A stretch of 64,000 nucleotides of DNA, taken from NCBI GenBank assembly GCA_054600435.1, contig BAAIJX010000039.1, positions 1-64,000 of the forward strand. The letters run 5' to 3'. Every line of letters begins with the position of its first letter. Position 1 is the stretch's first letter. The notes beneath the pieces are model-generated. The model did no database searches. It had not been told where the DNA came from and was given only the letters and a program-made list of their open reading frames with translations. The stretch is from Neophaeotheca triangularis (taxonomy: Eukaryota). Below, piece by piece: positions 12,472-24,624 of this stretch. The position numbers and the translations under genes were made by a program.

Positions 12472-13593
12472 ATGGACCTCTCAACCTGGTACTACCCGCT
12501 CCTCGAGCGCGTAATCCCAACCCCTACCCCTCCCCCCCGCGTCCGCACTTCCCCAATGGCCGTCCTCTGCGTCGGCCTCCCGCGCTCCGGAACCGAATCT
12601 TTACAAGTCGCGCTCCAAAGACTCGGCTACCCCACCTACCACGGCTGGGACATCCTATTCGAAGAACCGACGCGCTACCGGGCTTGGAGCAATCTGTGCC
12701 GGAAGAAATGGTACGGGGTCGATGCCGCCAGTGCCTCGGCGGGTGAGAGGGAGTTTACGGCGGAAGCGGATTTTGACCCGTTGATCGGGCATGTCGAGGC
12801 CGTGTGTGATGCTCCTGCTAATGCTTTCGCGATGGAGTTGATAGCGGCTTATCCCCGGGCGCGGGTTGTGCTGAATGTAAGGAGGGATTTGGGGGATTGG
12901 CATCGCAGTGCCAGGGTTAATCTTGTCGAGAGGGTGAATGAGAGTTGGGGGGTTTATGTTTGTACTTTTTTCAGCCCGGCGCTGTGGTGGGGGTGGCATC
13001 TTTATGAGAGGTGGCTTTGGTATGTTTTGTTTGGTGGCTTTTGGGGTGATGTCTAGGTGAGCGGAGCTGACTGCTGTGATTCATTTAGGTGGCATGTTTT
13101 TCGCTGTGTAGGGAGTGGGATGAGGACGGGGATTGTGGGAAATGGGGTCAGGGTTTACAAGGGTGAGTTGTTCTTCGTATTCCCGCTTGTGTTCCTTAGT
13201 ACGTTTTGGTCTTGCACGGGGCCGCTTTGCTCTTCGCTCGTGTGTGGTCCTGAACTAGTGGAGGGCTGATGGCTGACCTTCAATGTGGCAGAGCATTGCG
13301 CCATGGTCAGAGGTCTGGTGCCCAAGGAGAATTTGCTCGAGTGGAGTGTCGAGGATGGCTGGGAGCCGTTGTGCAAGTTTTTGGGCAAGCCGGTCCCCAA
13401 GGAGCCCTTTCCAAGAGTCAACGACGCGGCGGGGTTCGATGGCAGGGTGCGGGCGATCATGGCCAATCACCTCACCATCGCTGTTTGTAATATGGCGTGG
13501 GTATCAGCAGTGCTTGTGAGCGCTGGAGTCTACCTTTGGAGATCTGGGACGCTGGATAGGTTGGTGGAGCGGTTGTTGCATTCTGTCTGGTAA
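12472..13593 (+). CDS. P-loop sulfotransferase-like protein (Sulfotransfer_4 type) with C-terminal TM helix
   Basis: VGLPRSGTESL, YHGWD and LLEWSVEDGWEPLCKFLGKPVP..PFPRVND motifs. Introns 13020-13088 and 13163-13291 restore one frame. Confidence 0.85.
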
Positions 13594-13966
13594 TTCTTTG
13601 GCGGGCTATGCTACTGTGCTTTCCTAGTTTGCTCTACCTACGCCTATTGAAAGCTCTTTTCCATCTGGCGTGCTTGATAGGTAGGTGTGGTGCAGATCTC
13701 GTTTAAACGGAGCTTGTGTGGTATCAGGCTTCCAATTTCTCCTGACTTGTCCAAGCTGGGTAGCGGAGGGAAATGTTAACAGATGCTCAAGAGCGTAGCC
13801 AATGTTGCAGTAGACATACTCATGCTTCGTGCTCCCCTAAGCGTTCGTAGAAACGGTCATCGCGAGTGCGGGTATTCGTATCAACATGGTCATGCACTCC
13901 GACCCCATCCTCCCCGCGCTGTCCAAGACCATCCTGTGGGTATCTTATTCCTCGCAGCCCTCACGC

Positions 13967-14359
13967 TCAACCAGAAGGCACCTTGGTGGTGTGGATCTCA
14001 GCACCCTTCACCTTGGCCCAATTAATTTGGTCGTCGATCTGCTCATCCACAAGCCCAATCATCACGACGGAGTCGCCGCGGATAAACTGGATACCACCCG
14101 TCGGCCCGATCTGGGAGTCGTCGGCGTCGTCATGGGTGGTGATGGCGCGCTGCTCGACGTTGTTGAGGCTGACGTTGGTGTTATTGTCGCTGCTGATGAA
14201 GTTGCCGACGAAGATCAGGCCTTCTTCTGTCATGACTAGAACTTTCTCTGTGGGGTGTTGAGGTTAGGTCGTGTGAGAGTGATGACGAGAGAAGAACCAA
14301 GGGCGGCGCATACTCCCTTCCCATTGCTTGGGGACGCAGGGGTCTCCGCGCTTGTTCAT
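13967..14359 (-). CDS. LSM8: Sm-like protein, divergent Lsm8
   Basis: ATG 14359 and intron 14248-14313 give KKVLVMTEEG..GNFISSDNNTNVSL (Sm1) and FIRGDSVVMIGLVDEQID..INWAKVKG (Sm2 plus an Lsm8-like tail). Confidence 0.75.
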
Positions 14360-14969
14360 GCTTGCTTGGTACTGAGTGAGGTAGGCGTGCTTTTGTGATG
14401 ATGTTGTTCGGTTGGACTTGCGACCTATACCACACTTGGTACAGTGCCTCTCCCTACCGGCGCGGGAGGCAACGTGACGAGAAAGCAAGCGGTTGCAGTT
14501 TAGAAGAGTCTGGTGAGGAGACCAGGAGGTATGCTGGTTCGTGGTAGGGTGTCGTCGCGTGAAGTCGAGAAGTTCAAGGTTGCGCGTGGGAGCGAAACAT
14601 GTGAAAGTTGAGTACCTTGGGTACCTTAGGTAGTGTTTCTCGCGAACCTTAAGCTGCTGTCACCCTGTGAAGCTCCTCTCCAATAATGCGTGCAACACAA
14701 ACTCGAACCCTAAGCTCCCCGCCAACAGTCAACTACTCGCAAACTTGAACCTCACCTGAACTTTCAGGTTGGTACTACATGGTCAGGTACCCTTCACTGC
14801 AAATGTAGAACAAATTGGCCATCACATAACGTACCAGTGGCTATTGGCAACTGCACCTCCAATCAGAAAACTTCTAGGTAGGTACTTACGTCCAACATGG
14901 CCACCAACGCGACGGACGTCTCAATTCGTGCTGTCACCCTTTTCAGACGCTATAAAAACACCCCCAACC

Positions 14970-17180
14970 ATGGCCTCTAAGCGCTCCCGCGCAGCCTTCG
15001 AAGCCGACAACAAAGCAGGCTCACCGGCGCATGCTCCCTACGCTCTTTATGGTACTCCGCTCCCGGCCTTCGACCCCGAGCGCCGCGAGGATGGCTCCAA
15101 GGTACCTCTCTGGCAACAACAGGCTACCGACGAGCAGGGTCGGAAACGTTTCCATGGCGCTTTTACCGGGGGTTACAGTGCTGGCTACTTCAACAGTGTT
15201 GGCTCGGCTGAGGGGTTCACGCCCAAAGCCTGGGTTTCTTCCCGTTCGCAGAAGAAAGAAGATGGGGCAAAAGATGAGAGTGGTGTTCAAGGGTACAGTT
15301 TGGATGATGTCATGGATGAGGAGGATAAAGCGGATCGAGATGATGCGCAAAAGTTGGAGACGACGGGGAGTTTTGCTGGACTTGGTGCGGGTGTAGCAGG
15401 TGGCAAGGATCCGCGCGCGCAGGGCATGTTCTCGGACCTTTTCAAAAGCACGGGGGAGACTATGGGGGTGAAGTTACTGCAGAGGATGGGTTGGAGGCAT
15501 GGTGAGGGCGTGGGGCCGAAGGTCAAGAGGCGCGCACAAGGTGACAAGGATGGCCCGCTACATGAGTTTGCGCCGCAAGACACCGAGATAGTCAGTTTCG
15601 AGCGGAAGACGAATCAGAAGGGTCTTGGGTTTGCCGGTGAGGCTGGCTTGAACGCAGGCTCTGGATCTGGGGCGGCTGGCGCTGGTGATGGGGACGACAG
15701 TGAGAGCGGTGATGATGCTCGTATGCTGCGCGCGAACCGGTCAAAGATTTCTACGAAGCCCAAGAAGAGCAAAGTCTCGGGGCTCGGGATGGGTGTGCTA
15801 AATGACACTGGATCTGACGACGATGACGATCCTTACGCCATGGGACCGAAGCTCTCTTTCAACCGTACAATCGGCGGTAAGAAAAAGAAGCGTACGATAG
15901 GGTTGGGCTCTGGCGACGGCAGTCCAGCTCCTAGCGTCGTCAAGCCTACGAAATCGCGAGGACCAGCACTTCGTGGCTTCCGAAAGTGCCACGATAACCG
16001 CCTTCCCTTGGACGGGTTCATTCTATCTGTCTCCACCCTGGACCTAAACAGTGCCAACTCCTACCCGCCTCCCACAGTACCCCCAGGTTGGGTATCTTCC
16101 AGACTCAACAGCTCCGCCGCAGACCCAACGAAGACATACCTTTCCACAGCCGAAGCCGCGAAAGCCTCTACTCTCGACCCGAAAGCCCGCGCAAAAGCCT
16201 TAGGCCAGCAAGCTCTACCCGGAAAAAGCGTATTCGACTACATGTCACCGGCAGCCCGCGAGCGCCTCGCAACCGCTAGCGGCAAGAGCAACCTCCCTCA
16301 AGCCAAGAGTGAAAAGGTCCCAGACGCCTTCGAAACCCTCGAAGCCCAGGGCCCACGCTCGCTCTGGAGCTTAGTACCCCCACTCGACGCCACAACCGCA
16401 AATGAAGCCCTGCAACGCGGCAGAGCAGCCGGCTGGCCTTACGAAGAAGACCTCCCCAAGCAGCGCCGCTACCGCTACTACCTCGAACTCCGCGCGGGAA
16501 AGCACTCAGACCTCCCTTCGCGACCCGCAGACCTGCCCGCAAAGACCTGGGGCGACGAGTTAGAAGAATTCGCCGACGCCGCGCACCTATACAAACCCCT
16601 GACACAAGGCCTCGCCAGCCGCTTCGAACGGAGCTCCGGTTTCGCCGGCGAGACTGGCGCCAAAACTTCGAACAAACCCGAGAACGCCTCTTCCTCTTCC
16701 TCCGCCAAAGCTAGACACGACGAACCCGCCCGCGAAGCTGCAAAACTGGGAATGTACGGCCGGCTCACCAGAACCGTGTACCGCTTCGACCCGGGCAGAA
16801 TAGTCTGCAAGCGCTTCGGCGTCGCGTGGCCGGGTCTCGTCGATTACGAAGAAACGGAAAATTTCCAGTACCGCGAGCGCGGCAACGACGAGAACGTGGG
16901 CTGCGATGGTCCTGCTGGCGCTGGCCAAGGCGGGAGCACTGATATGGTGGTTTTAAACGACGACAAGGTCAAGCCCAAGAGTTTTGTTTCCGGCGGGACG
17001 GAGGGAGTGCTTTCGGGGGTTGAGGAGGGTTTGGGGCAGGTGAGTGTGGCGGGAGGATTGTATGTGCCTGGCAAGCTGGATGGTGGTGGGGAGAAGGCTT
17101 GGAAGCCGGTTGAGGGGGGTGAGAGGGCTGTGGAGGAGGTCATGAGGGGGGTTTTCGGGGATGCTATGGATGAGAGTTGA
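14970..17180 (+). CDS. G-patch domain protein, GPATCH1/TOUGH-like (DUF1604 + G-patch)
   Basis: DEQGRKRFHGAFTGGYSAGYFNSVGSAEG (DUF1604), MGVKLLQRMGWRHGEGVG (G-patch), AAKLGMYGRLTR..CKRFGV. Confidence 0.88.
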   Translation: MASKRSRAAFEADNKAGSPAHAPYALYGTPLPAFDPERREDGSKVPLWQQQATDEQGRKRFHGAFTGGYSAGYFNSVGSAEGFTPKAWVSSRSQKKEDGAKDESGVQGYSLDDVMDEEDKADRDDAQKLETTGSFAGLGAGVAGGKDPRAQGMFSDLFKSTGETMGVKLLQRMGWRHGEGVGPKVKRRAQGDKDGPLHEFAPQDTEIVSFERKTNQKGLGFAGEAGLNAGSGSGAAGAGDGDDSESGDDARMLRANRSKISTKPKKSKVSGLGMGVLNDTGSDDDDDPYAMGPKLSFNRTIGGKKKKRTIGLGSGDGSPAPSVVKPTKSRGPALRGFRKCHDNRLPLDGFILSVSTLDLNSANSYPPPTVPPGWVSSRLNSSAADPTKTYLSTAEAAKASTLDPKARAKALGQQALPGKSVFDYMSPAARERLATASGKSNLPQAKSEKVPDAFETLEAQGPRSLWSLVPPLDATTANEALQRGRAAGWPYEEDLPKQRRYRYYLELRAGKHSDLPSRPADLPAKTWGDELEEFADAAHLYKPLTQGLASRFERSSGFAGETGAKTSNKPENASSSSSAKARHDEPAREAAKLGMYGRLTRTVYRFDPGRIVCKRFGVAWPGLVDYEETENFQYRERGNDENVGCDGPAGAGQGGSTDMVVLNDDKVKPKSFVSGGTEGVLSGVEEGLGQVSVAGGLYVPGKLDGGGEKAWKPVEGGERAVEEVMRGVFGDAMDES

Positions 17181-17785
17181 ATTGATGATTGGATTGCACA
17201 GGTGGTGGGGTCCAGGTTGCGAGTTTCGGGGAAAGCAGGTGATAGTCTAGGCTGTACTGATGTGTTGCTGAGTATCTTTACAATTTTGTGGTACTATCGC
17301 GATCAGTGGAGCTACTACATTCTATCATGTTGTACATCCGGCCAAAAGCCTTACTTCAGGCCTTCCCCTGCTACTCCGCAACCAAGGGCTGATATCTATT
17401 CTTTCATCCCGGGCTTCGTATAGCCAGCTGGCGGCCTCTACAAGACCAGCAGAAGCAATGCCGTTGCTAGCGATGCTGCTTGTCATGGCAGAGTTGCCAA
17501 GCTGACTCGAGCCATCTCCAGCCTAAGCCGCCTGTAAGGGGGTCGCGAGCTCTACATCATATCTTTGCCAGAGCCAGACGTGCAGTCGTACCACCGGCTA
17601 CCTCTTGAGCTGAAATAGTTGCCGAGGTGCCTGGCAGCATACTATCATGTTGTCCAGTAGAGAGGGACGCTGCCTCCTACTTCGTCATGCCCCTGAGAAT
17701 ATTCCCAGGACACAGGCCCTTGTTCTCAGAACAATCCAACGTAGGTAAGAAGCAGCCCGAAAAGGTAAGCTTCCCATAACGTCTC

Positions 17786-18619
17786 TTACCAGATACCAAA
17801 CCATTTCTTTTGTACAGGCCTCTCCTTGCCCTCAAAGTCAACGTAGGTCTCGCCATCTTTGCTAACCGCGTCCTTAACCACTCCCACAACCGTATCGCCC
17901 TCCTCAGGCGCCCTCACATCCGCAGCCACAGGAGTAGCATCAATCACATTCCCACCCTCCCTCACCGCAGCAGCCTCCGCAGCCTCCTTAGTCTCTTCCT
18001 CATCCGCCTTCAACCACCTACCCAAGAACCCCTTACTGCCCTCCTCCTCCAACCCATGCGCCTTTCTATACTCCCGCCTCTTCCCCGCATCCTCCACCTT
18101 CTGCTTCCTCATAGCAGCCGTTTGCTCGCTCGTCCACGCAACATGCAAGTCATAAACCTGCATATACCTGCCCGCAAACTGGAACGGATGCGCCCAGAAC
18201 ATGGAATTCGGCGGTAACTGGTCCTTGAAGGGCGTGTTGTGCAGGAAGTCCAGGAACCAGGTGCCCAGCACGAGGGAGATGAGGATTCCCAAAGTGATGT
18301 AGAGGTGCAGGTTGCGGTTGGTGAGGATAGTGTGCGTTAGGGTGCCCTCGGGTGGCATCATGTTTGGGTAGCGGCGCGTTTTCTGCGCTTGGCGCTCGTG
18401 TTCGCTCAGAGGGGCGCCTGGGTATTGGCGATTCTTGCGGGGCAGGCGCGATGGGTGGGAAGGGGGGTTGAAGCGTTCGGGTTTCTCGAGCACTCGTGGT
18501 TTGGGAGGTGGGGTTGTGGAGGCATGGCGGAGGAAAATGGGTTTGATGAGGCGGTGCTGGAGTTGGTGGGATTGCAGAGCGAAGGCGGAGTGCCTGGGAA
18601 GTAGGCGGAGGGATGACAT
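17786..18619 (-). CDS. Conserved fungal single-pass membrane protein, probably mitochondrial
   Basis: The Arg/Leu/Ser-rich N-terminus ending ..FLRHAST resembles a presequence. LEKPERFNPPSH motif, one hydrophobic helix, C-terminal KKWFGIW. Confidence 0.7.
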   Translation of the reverse strand: MSSLRLLPRHSAFALQSHQLQHRLIKPIFLRHASTTPPPKPRVLEKPERFNPPSHPSRLPRKNRQYPGAPLSEHERQAQKTRRYPNMMPPEGTLTHTILTNRNLHLYITLGILISLVLGTWFLDFLHNTPFKDQLPPNSMFWAHPFQFAGRYMQVYDLHVAWTSEQTAAMRKQKVEDAGKRREYRKAHGLEEEGSKGFLGRWLKADEEETKEAAEAAAVREGGNVIDATPVAADVRAPEEGDTVVGVVKDAVSKDGETYVDFEGKERPVQKKWFGIW

Positions 18620-19002
18620 GGTGGTGGTCACGGGGGAAGTACCTCGTAGGAGGGGGTAGTCAACACGTGAAGCAAATGGACAAAAAGACGAGTTTAAGCT
18701 GGGCACATGTCCTGAGCAACACGTGATCTACAATGGGTAAAAGCCGGGACCTACCACCAAGCGCGCGGGCCACACGCACGGGAGCAGCCGCTGTTGCTCT
18801 TGGCAAAACAATCCAGCCAGCTCCCCGGGGAGGAGCCCTTCTCTCTTGCTGCCTCACCGTCTCCCTCACCACCGCCTCCACCACCACCGCTCAGACAACA
18901 GCTCCCTCGCGCCCTCGCCCTTCTCGTCGCCAGACAGCCATAGTGCACCCTTTCTCGCCTCGTCGGCCGTAACCCAAAGACAAACCCGTTAAAATCTCCA
19001 CA

Positions 19003-20681
19003 ATGCGTGAAATCGTACGTCCGCCCTTGAACCCTACGCGTGCCCCGCGTCGAAACTGTCCAGCAGCAAGGAAACAAAACAAGTGCTAATCTGCCTTCAC
19101 ATTGCAGGTCCATCTCCAAACCGGCCAGTGTGTACGTATTCGATGACGAAGAGATGGAATTGGACTTGCGAACAAGGCTCTAACCCGATGACAGGGCAAC
19201 CAAATAGGTGCTGCTTTCTGGCAGAACATCTCTGGCGAGCACGGCCTGGATGGCTCTGGCGTGTGCGTATCTTCCAGCATATCAAGGCCATGAGCAGTCG
19301 CTGACTTTCCCCGCAGCTACAATGGCACGTCCGACCTCCAGCTCGAGCGCATGAACGTGTACTTCAACGAGGTAGGTTCCCTTCAAGACCCACCGTCTCC
19401 ATTCGCCAAGACACGGAGCGCTAACAACACCAACAACAGGCTGCCGGCAACAAATATGTCCCTCGCGCCGTCCTCGTCGATTTGGAGCCCGGCACCATGG
19501 ACGCGGTCCGCGCTGGTCCCTTCGGCGGTCTGTTCCGCCCCGACAACTTCGTCTTTGGTCAATCTGGTGCCGGCAACAACTGGGCCAAGGGTCACTACAC
19601 TGAGGGTGCTGAGCTGGTCGATGGTGTCTTGGACGTTGTGCGTCGTGAGGCCGAGGGCTGTGACTGCCTTCAGGGTTTCCAGATCACCCACTCCCTCGGC
19701 GGTGGTACCGGTGCAGGTATGGGTACGCTTCTGATCAGCAAGATCCGCGAGGAGTTCCCCGACCGCATGATGGCCACCTTCTCCGTCGTCCCTTCGCCCA
19801 AGGTCTCCGACACCGTCGTTGAACCCTACAACGCCACTCTCTCTATCCACCAGCTTGTCGAGAACTCTGACGAGACCTTCTGCATTGACAACGAGGTATG
19901 TGCTCAAGCGCGCACTTTGCTAACGAGATCCCCTGCTAACGAGACTACCTAGGCGCTCTACGACATCTGCATGCGTACCCTCAAGCTCAACAACCCATCC
20001 TACGGCGACCTGAACCACCTCGTCTCCGCTGTCATGTCTGGTGTGACCACCTGCCTGCGTTTCCCCGGCCAGCTCAACTCCGACCTTCGCAAACTCGCCG
20101 TCAACATGGTGCCCTTCCCTCGTCTCCACTTCTTCATGGTCGGCTTCGCTCCCCTGACCTCGAGAGGCTCCAGCAGCTTCCGCGCCGTCAGCGTGCCTGA
20201 GCTCACCCAGCAAATCTTTGACCCCAAGAACATGATGGCTGCCAGCGATTTCCGCAACGGCCGCTACCTCACTTGCTCTGCCATTTACCGCGGCAAGATC
20301 TCCATGAAGCAGGTTGAGGACCAGATCCGCAACGTCCAGAACCGCAACACCGCCTACTTCGTTGAGTGGATCCCCAACAACGTCCAGACCGCCGTCTGCT
20401 CGATCCCACCGCGCGGCCTCAAGATGTCTTCTACTTTCGTCGGTAACAGCACCTCCATCCAGGAGCTGTTCAAGCGTATCGGTGACCAGTTCAGCGCTAT
20501 GTTCAGGCGCAAGGCTTTCTTGCATTGGTACACTGGCGAGGGTATGGACGAGATGGAGTTCACCGAGGCGGAGAGCAACATGAACGACTTGGTATCCGAG
20601 TACCAGCAATACCAGGAGGCGTCCGTCAGCGAGGGAGAGGAAGAGTACGACGAGGAGGCCCCTATGGAGGGCGAGGAGTAG
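19003..20681 (+). CDS. TUB2: Beta-tubulin
   Basis: MREI start, GGGTGAG signature and acidic tail. Introns 19015-19107, 19132-19194, 19263-19316, 19372-19439 and 19896-19952. Confidence 0.99.
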
Positions 20682-21273
20682 ACCCTGCTCGCTCGTTCCT
20701 TTCCCTTCCCTGAGATGCGGCGAGAAGGTGTAATCGGAGTCTGAAAAGCCATCAAATCCTTTGGGCTGTCGAGGAAGCTTGTGCTCTTGAATTCGAAAAT
20801 GATTGTGCAGGAGGTGCGGCTAGTACTAACAGCGTCGGCGCTACCGCCTGGTATGCTAGCTATCCTACAAAATCGTCCCATTGTATTTCGTAATGTATTC
20901 TTCAATTTTGCTTCTTCACCCCCGATTGTCTCCCACTTACTATTCACATTTGTGTGGTCTCTTGTCGCAGAACACTAGCCACAAAAAGACCCTTTCATGC
21001 ATAATGTTACACTGCTTGACCATAAAAGCAATCCCCGAGCTTTCCACCCCAGGAGCCTTGTCGTGCCTTGTCTCCGGGAATAATTATATCCGGCCCTCTA
21101 CTTCCCCACAATCATTCCCCTCTTCCCCAATCGCGGACCTGTCATCACAGCAGCCACCGCAGCAGCTCTCTCCCAAGCTTATTTTACGGAAGAAACGGCA
21201 CATCACCTTGCTTGCCTCACCACTTAGGTAATTACCGAGACGCAAGTGTAGATCAGTCCAGCAAGATGGAATC

Positions 21274-21312
21274 GTAGAAGTAGTAGCAGTAGCAGTAGCA
21301 GTAGTAATAGTG
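21274..21312. repeat. Imperfect (GTAGCA/GTAGTA)n microsatellite
   Basis: gtagaagtagtagcagtagcagtagcagtagtaatag is directly visible. Confidence 0.6.
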
Positions 21313-21600
21313 GTAGGTTTTGCCGTCCCTCACCATTCCCCTTACCTTACTTCTTAAGAGTTCGCGAGAAGTGTTGTTCGTGTTGCATGCATCTATCTGC
21401 TGTTGATCTCTACAGACTCGAGCCGAGATCGACCTGTCAAAGATATATTGATGGCAGAGTAAAGAGTTGGATTTCAAGAGCGAGTGGATATACACACCGT
21501 GAGACGGGAACAGAAAGCTCGCATACAAGACATTGGATTAGAGGGAGCAAGTTGCAGCACGCAAGCACGACAAACAAGCCTTCGCCCAACCGCGCCAACC

Positions 21601-23094
21601 ATGGCGGAGAAAAGCAGCCATGCACGGGAAGAGCGAAGCGAGAGCTACAGCAGCAATACCGACTCCCTTCAGCAGCACCACGAGCGAGGTCAAACCTCCT
21701 TCCCGACGCCCGAAAGCAAAAACGAAACCACACCCGCGTCAACTTCGACGACGCCGCAAACGCCGTCCCCCCCTCCCCCTCCCAATGGCGGCTACGGCTG
21801 GGTCTGCACGGCGTGCTGCGCGATGATAAACGCTCATACTTGGGGTTTGAATTCAAGCTTTGGCGTCTTCCTGGCGTACTATCTCTCCGAAGACGTGTTT
21901 CCGGGCGCGACCTTCCTCGAATACGCCTTCGTGGGCTCGCTCAGCATTTCCTGCGCAATGCTGATTTCGCCCGTCGCGACCATCACGACGCGGATCTGGG
22001 GCACCAAAGCCACGCTGGGCATCGGTGTGGTGTTGGAGACGATAAGTCTGATTGGGGCTAGCTTCGCGACGGCTATTTGGCAGCTATTCCTCAGCCAGGG
22101 GGTCTGCTTTGGGCTGGGGATGGGGTTTATGTTTGTGGGGAGCGTGGGGATCGTGCCGCAGTGGTTTACGACAAGACGGAGTTTGGCGAATGGGTTCGCG
22201 ACGAGCGGGAGTGGGTTTGGCGGGTTGCTTTATTCGTTGGCGACCGGAGCGATGATTGAGAGTATCGGGCTCGCGTGGACGTTTAGGGTGCTGGGGATTT
22301 TGGCGTGCGTGGTGAATACGATTTGCACGATCTTGATCAAGGACAGGAATAAGATTATTGGGAGTAGTCAGTTGGCTTTTGATACGAAGCTGTTTCGGCG
22401 TGTCGAGTATCTGCTGTTGCTGGGGTATGGGTGGTTCAGTTTGCTGGCGTATGTGGTGCTGATATTCTCGCTGGCGAACTACGCGCGGAGGATTGGGCTT
22501 TCGGCGCTGCAGGCTGCGAACGTATCGGCATTGCTGAACTTGGGACAGGCAATTGGAAGGCCACCTCTTGGATTCGTGAGCGATTATTGGGGAAGGATAA
22601 ACACAGGCGGAGCGATGACCTTCATGAGCGGACTATTCTGCCTAGTCATATGGACCTTCGCCGAGAGCTATGGCGTGCTCATCTTTTACGCCTTGTTGGG
22701 AGGTACCGTGGCTGGAACGTTCTGGGCGACAGTGGCACCCATATCGGCAGAAGTCGTGGGCTTGAAGCATGTGCCCTCTGCGCTGAATATCATGTGGTTG
22801 GTGCTCGTGCTCCCAGCGACCTTCAGCGAACCGATTGCTCTGCAGATCGTTGATGGGACTGGCAGCTACCTTGGCGCCCAGCTGTTCACAGGCTCCATGT
22901 ATATCGCTGCGGCTATTTGCCTGCTGTTCCTTCGGGGCTGGAAGATCGGGGAACTTAATGAGCTGGCTAGGATGAAAGCTGAAGATGTCGACCCTGTTGG
23001 TGCGGAGACGAGCTCGGAGGATTTAGAAACAGCCGCAAAAGCTGTCGGTCGGAAGAACATGGTGGCCAATTGCTGGAAGTTGCGGAAGGTGTAG
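21601..23094 (+). CDS. MFS monocarboxylate-transporter-like (MCT/Mch family) protein
   Basis: PPPNGGYGW..INAHTWGLNSSFGVF, QGVCFGLGMG and PQWFTTRRSLANG motifs, with about 12 hydrophobic segments. Confidence 0.88.
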   Translation: MAEKSSHAREERSESYSSNTDSLQQHHERGQTSFPTPESKNETTPASTSTTPQTPSPPPPPNGGYGWVCTACCAMINAHTWGLNSSFGVFLAYYLSEDVFPGATFLEYAFVGSLSISCAMLISPVATITTRIWGTKATLGIGVVLETISLIGASFATAIWQLFLSQGVCFGLGMGFMFVGSVGIVPQWFTTRRSLANGFATSGSGFGGLLYSLATGAMIESIGLAWTFRVLGILACVVNTICTILIKDRNKIIGSSQLAFDTKLFRRVEYLLLLGYGWFSLLAYVVLIFSLANYARRIGLSALQAANVSALLNLGQAIGRPPLGFVSDYWGRINTGGAMTFMSGLFCLVIWTFAESYGVLIFYALLGGTVAGTFWATVAPISAEVVGLKHVPSALNIMWLVLVLPATFSEPIALQIVDGTGSYLGAQLFTGSMYIAAAICLLFLRGWKIGELNELARMKAEDVDPVGAETSSEDLETAAKAVGRKNMVANCWKLRKV

Positions 23095-23184
23095 GTTTAA
23101 ACAAGTACCAAGAAAAATGATTGCTTGTTCCCGCCGCGTGCTGTGGTGTAATTTCATTGTAGCCCCCGTGCAAGAGCCTTCGCA

Positions 23185-24624
23185 TCACTCCCCCTGCCAG
23201 TCCTTCCTCCAAAGCCAGATCTTAGCTCGTGAGTATGAATGATAGCGCAAGAAGCTCGCAGGCTGAGGGCGCCCGTAAGTTCCGACAATACCAAAAGGCG
23301 TGACTCGACAGCTCCAGTGAGTTTCCGTGTATTCCGGGTAAGAGGCAAGGTGGATGCGGAAGACGATGCCAGTGCATATCCCGACGTCGCTGTATTCCGC
23401 CCAAGCAGTCTTCTCTCCACTCCCGTCTCCGTTCGTCATTTGAGGGTTCTCGATGCGGAAGGGATAGATTTTCCCATTCGGACCTTGTTGGACGTGACTA
23501 TCACCCGTGATTGGAGTGATTGTGATGGGATCGAGTGCCATGTGGGACGCGCCATTCGTTTCGTACGGTGGTATCACGCAGCCGCTCCACTTGCTTTCGC
23601 TCAGTGATTCGGGCGACATGTTGATTTGCGTCAGCTTGTAAAACCAGGATTCCCATGCGTCGCTCGTGGCGCTCAAAGGGTCAGATAGCAGGCGCGAGAA
23701 AGGTATTGGTGGTTGAATGGAGCCGTCTCTAGCACGTAAGCGCACCTGACCAGCCTTGAGCGGCTTAACTATTACCGTCTCCGAATGCGTTCCTTGTTTT
23801 TCAAGGGACCACTTCAAGCTGGAGATGGCAAAGCAGAGGTCCCAAAGCGTTTCAACGTAGCTGGCACACCGGGGTTGCCCACCGTTCCACGCGATCTGGA
23901 ATCTGGTCTCCTTTTCCACGTCGTTGGATGAGAGCAGCATCATGCCGAGACTGAGAAGTCGGCAAAGCGGTTGTTCGCGAACTTGACAAATGTTCGAGAA
24001 CCACGACCGGTCAACTTCTAGTGGGACTTGGTATCATCAGTATTGAACGGCAGAGAGAGAAACGTAGTGAGCCTCATCAAATCATCATCAGAGGCTCAGG
24101 AACTTACAATTCACCACAAGAAGCTCCGCCATATACTCCCGCAACATCTGCCAATAGCGTTCAGGAGAAAGATCCTTGGACACCTCCTCTATCGGCCCCA
24201 AAGCCTTGGCATAGCGTGCCCACACCGCGGGATCCGAGCCAGCGATCGCAGCAATATGATCCACGTCGACAGCACCGGTACGAAACAAACGGGCAGAAGT
24301 CGTCGACAGCATCGACCGCAAAACCAGGGCATCGTAGCTTGCCGCACGGATGAACTTGTTGGTTGCCGCCAGTGCGAGGATGGTGTCGGCGTCGGTTTCT
24401 GCAGCGATGAGCGCGATTATTTCGCTGGGGAGATCGTCGAGGGGTCTTCGAGGGCCGGTTTTGTTTGGCGGCATGTGGATTGAGGATGTAGACTGAGCTA
24501 TGATTTTGTGCTGCGGAACCGTGGATGGAAGATAGCTGTTGCGGATTGCTGTTTCGAACTCTGCCATGTTTTGTTCTGAGACGGTTGGTCTCGTCGGTTG
24601 CTGTGCGGCTGGTTCGGGATCCAT
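23185..24624 (-). CDS. Hypothetical protein with F-box-like motif
   Basis: LDDLPSEIIALIAAETDADTILALAATNK resembles an F-box. Intron 24027-24107 joins the two ORFs in frame. The start codon is uncertain. Confidence 0.6.

Noticed and set aside
24027..24107. Intronic TGATGA/CTGA words and a small GAGCCTC hairpin as a C/D snoRNA
   Set aside because: The intron is too short, the D-like box overlaps the branch point, and I identified no guide sequence.
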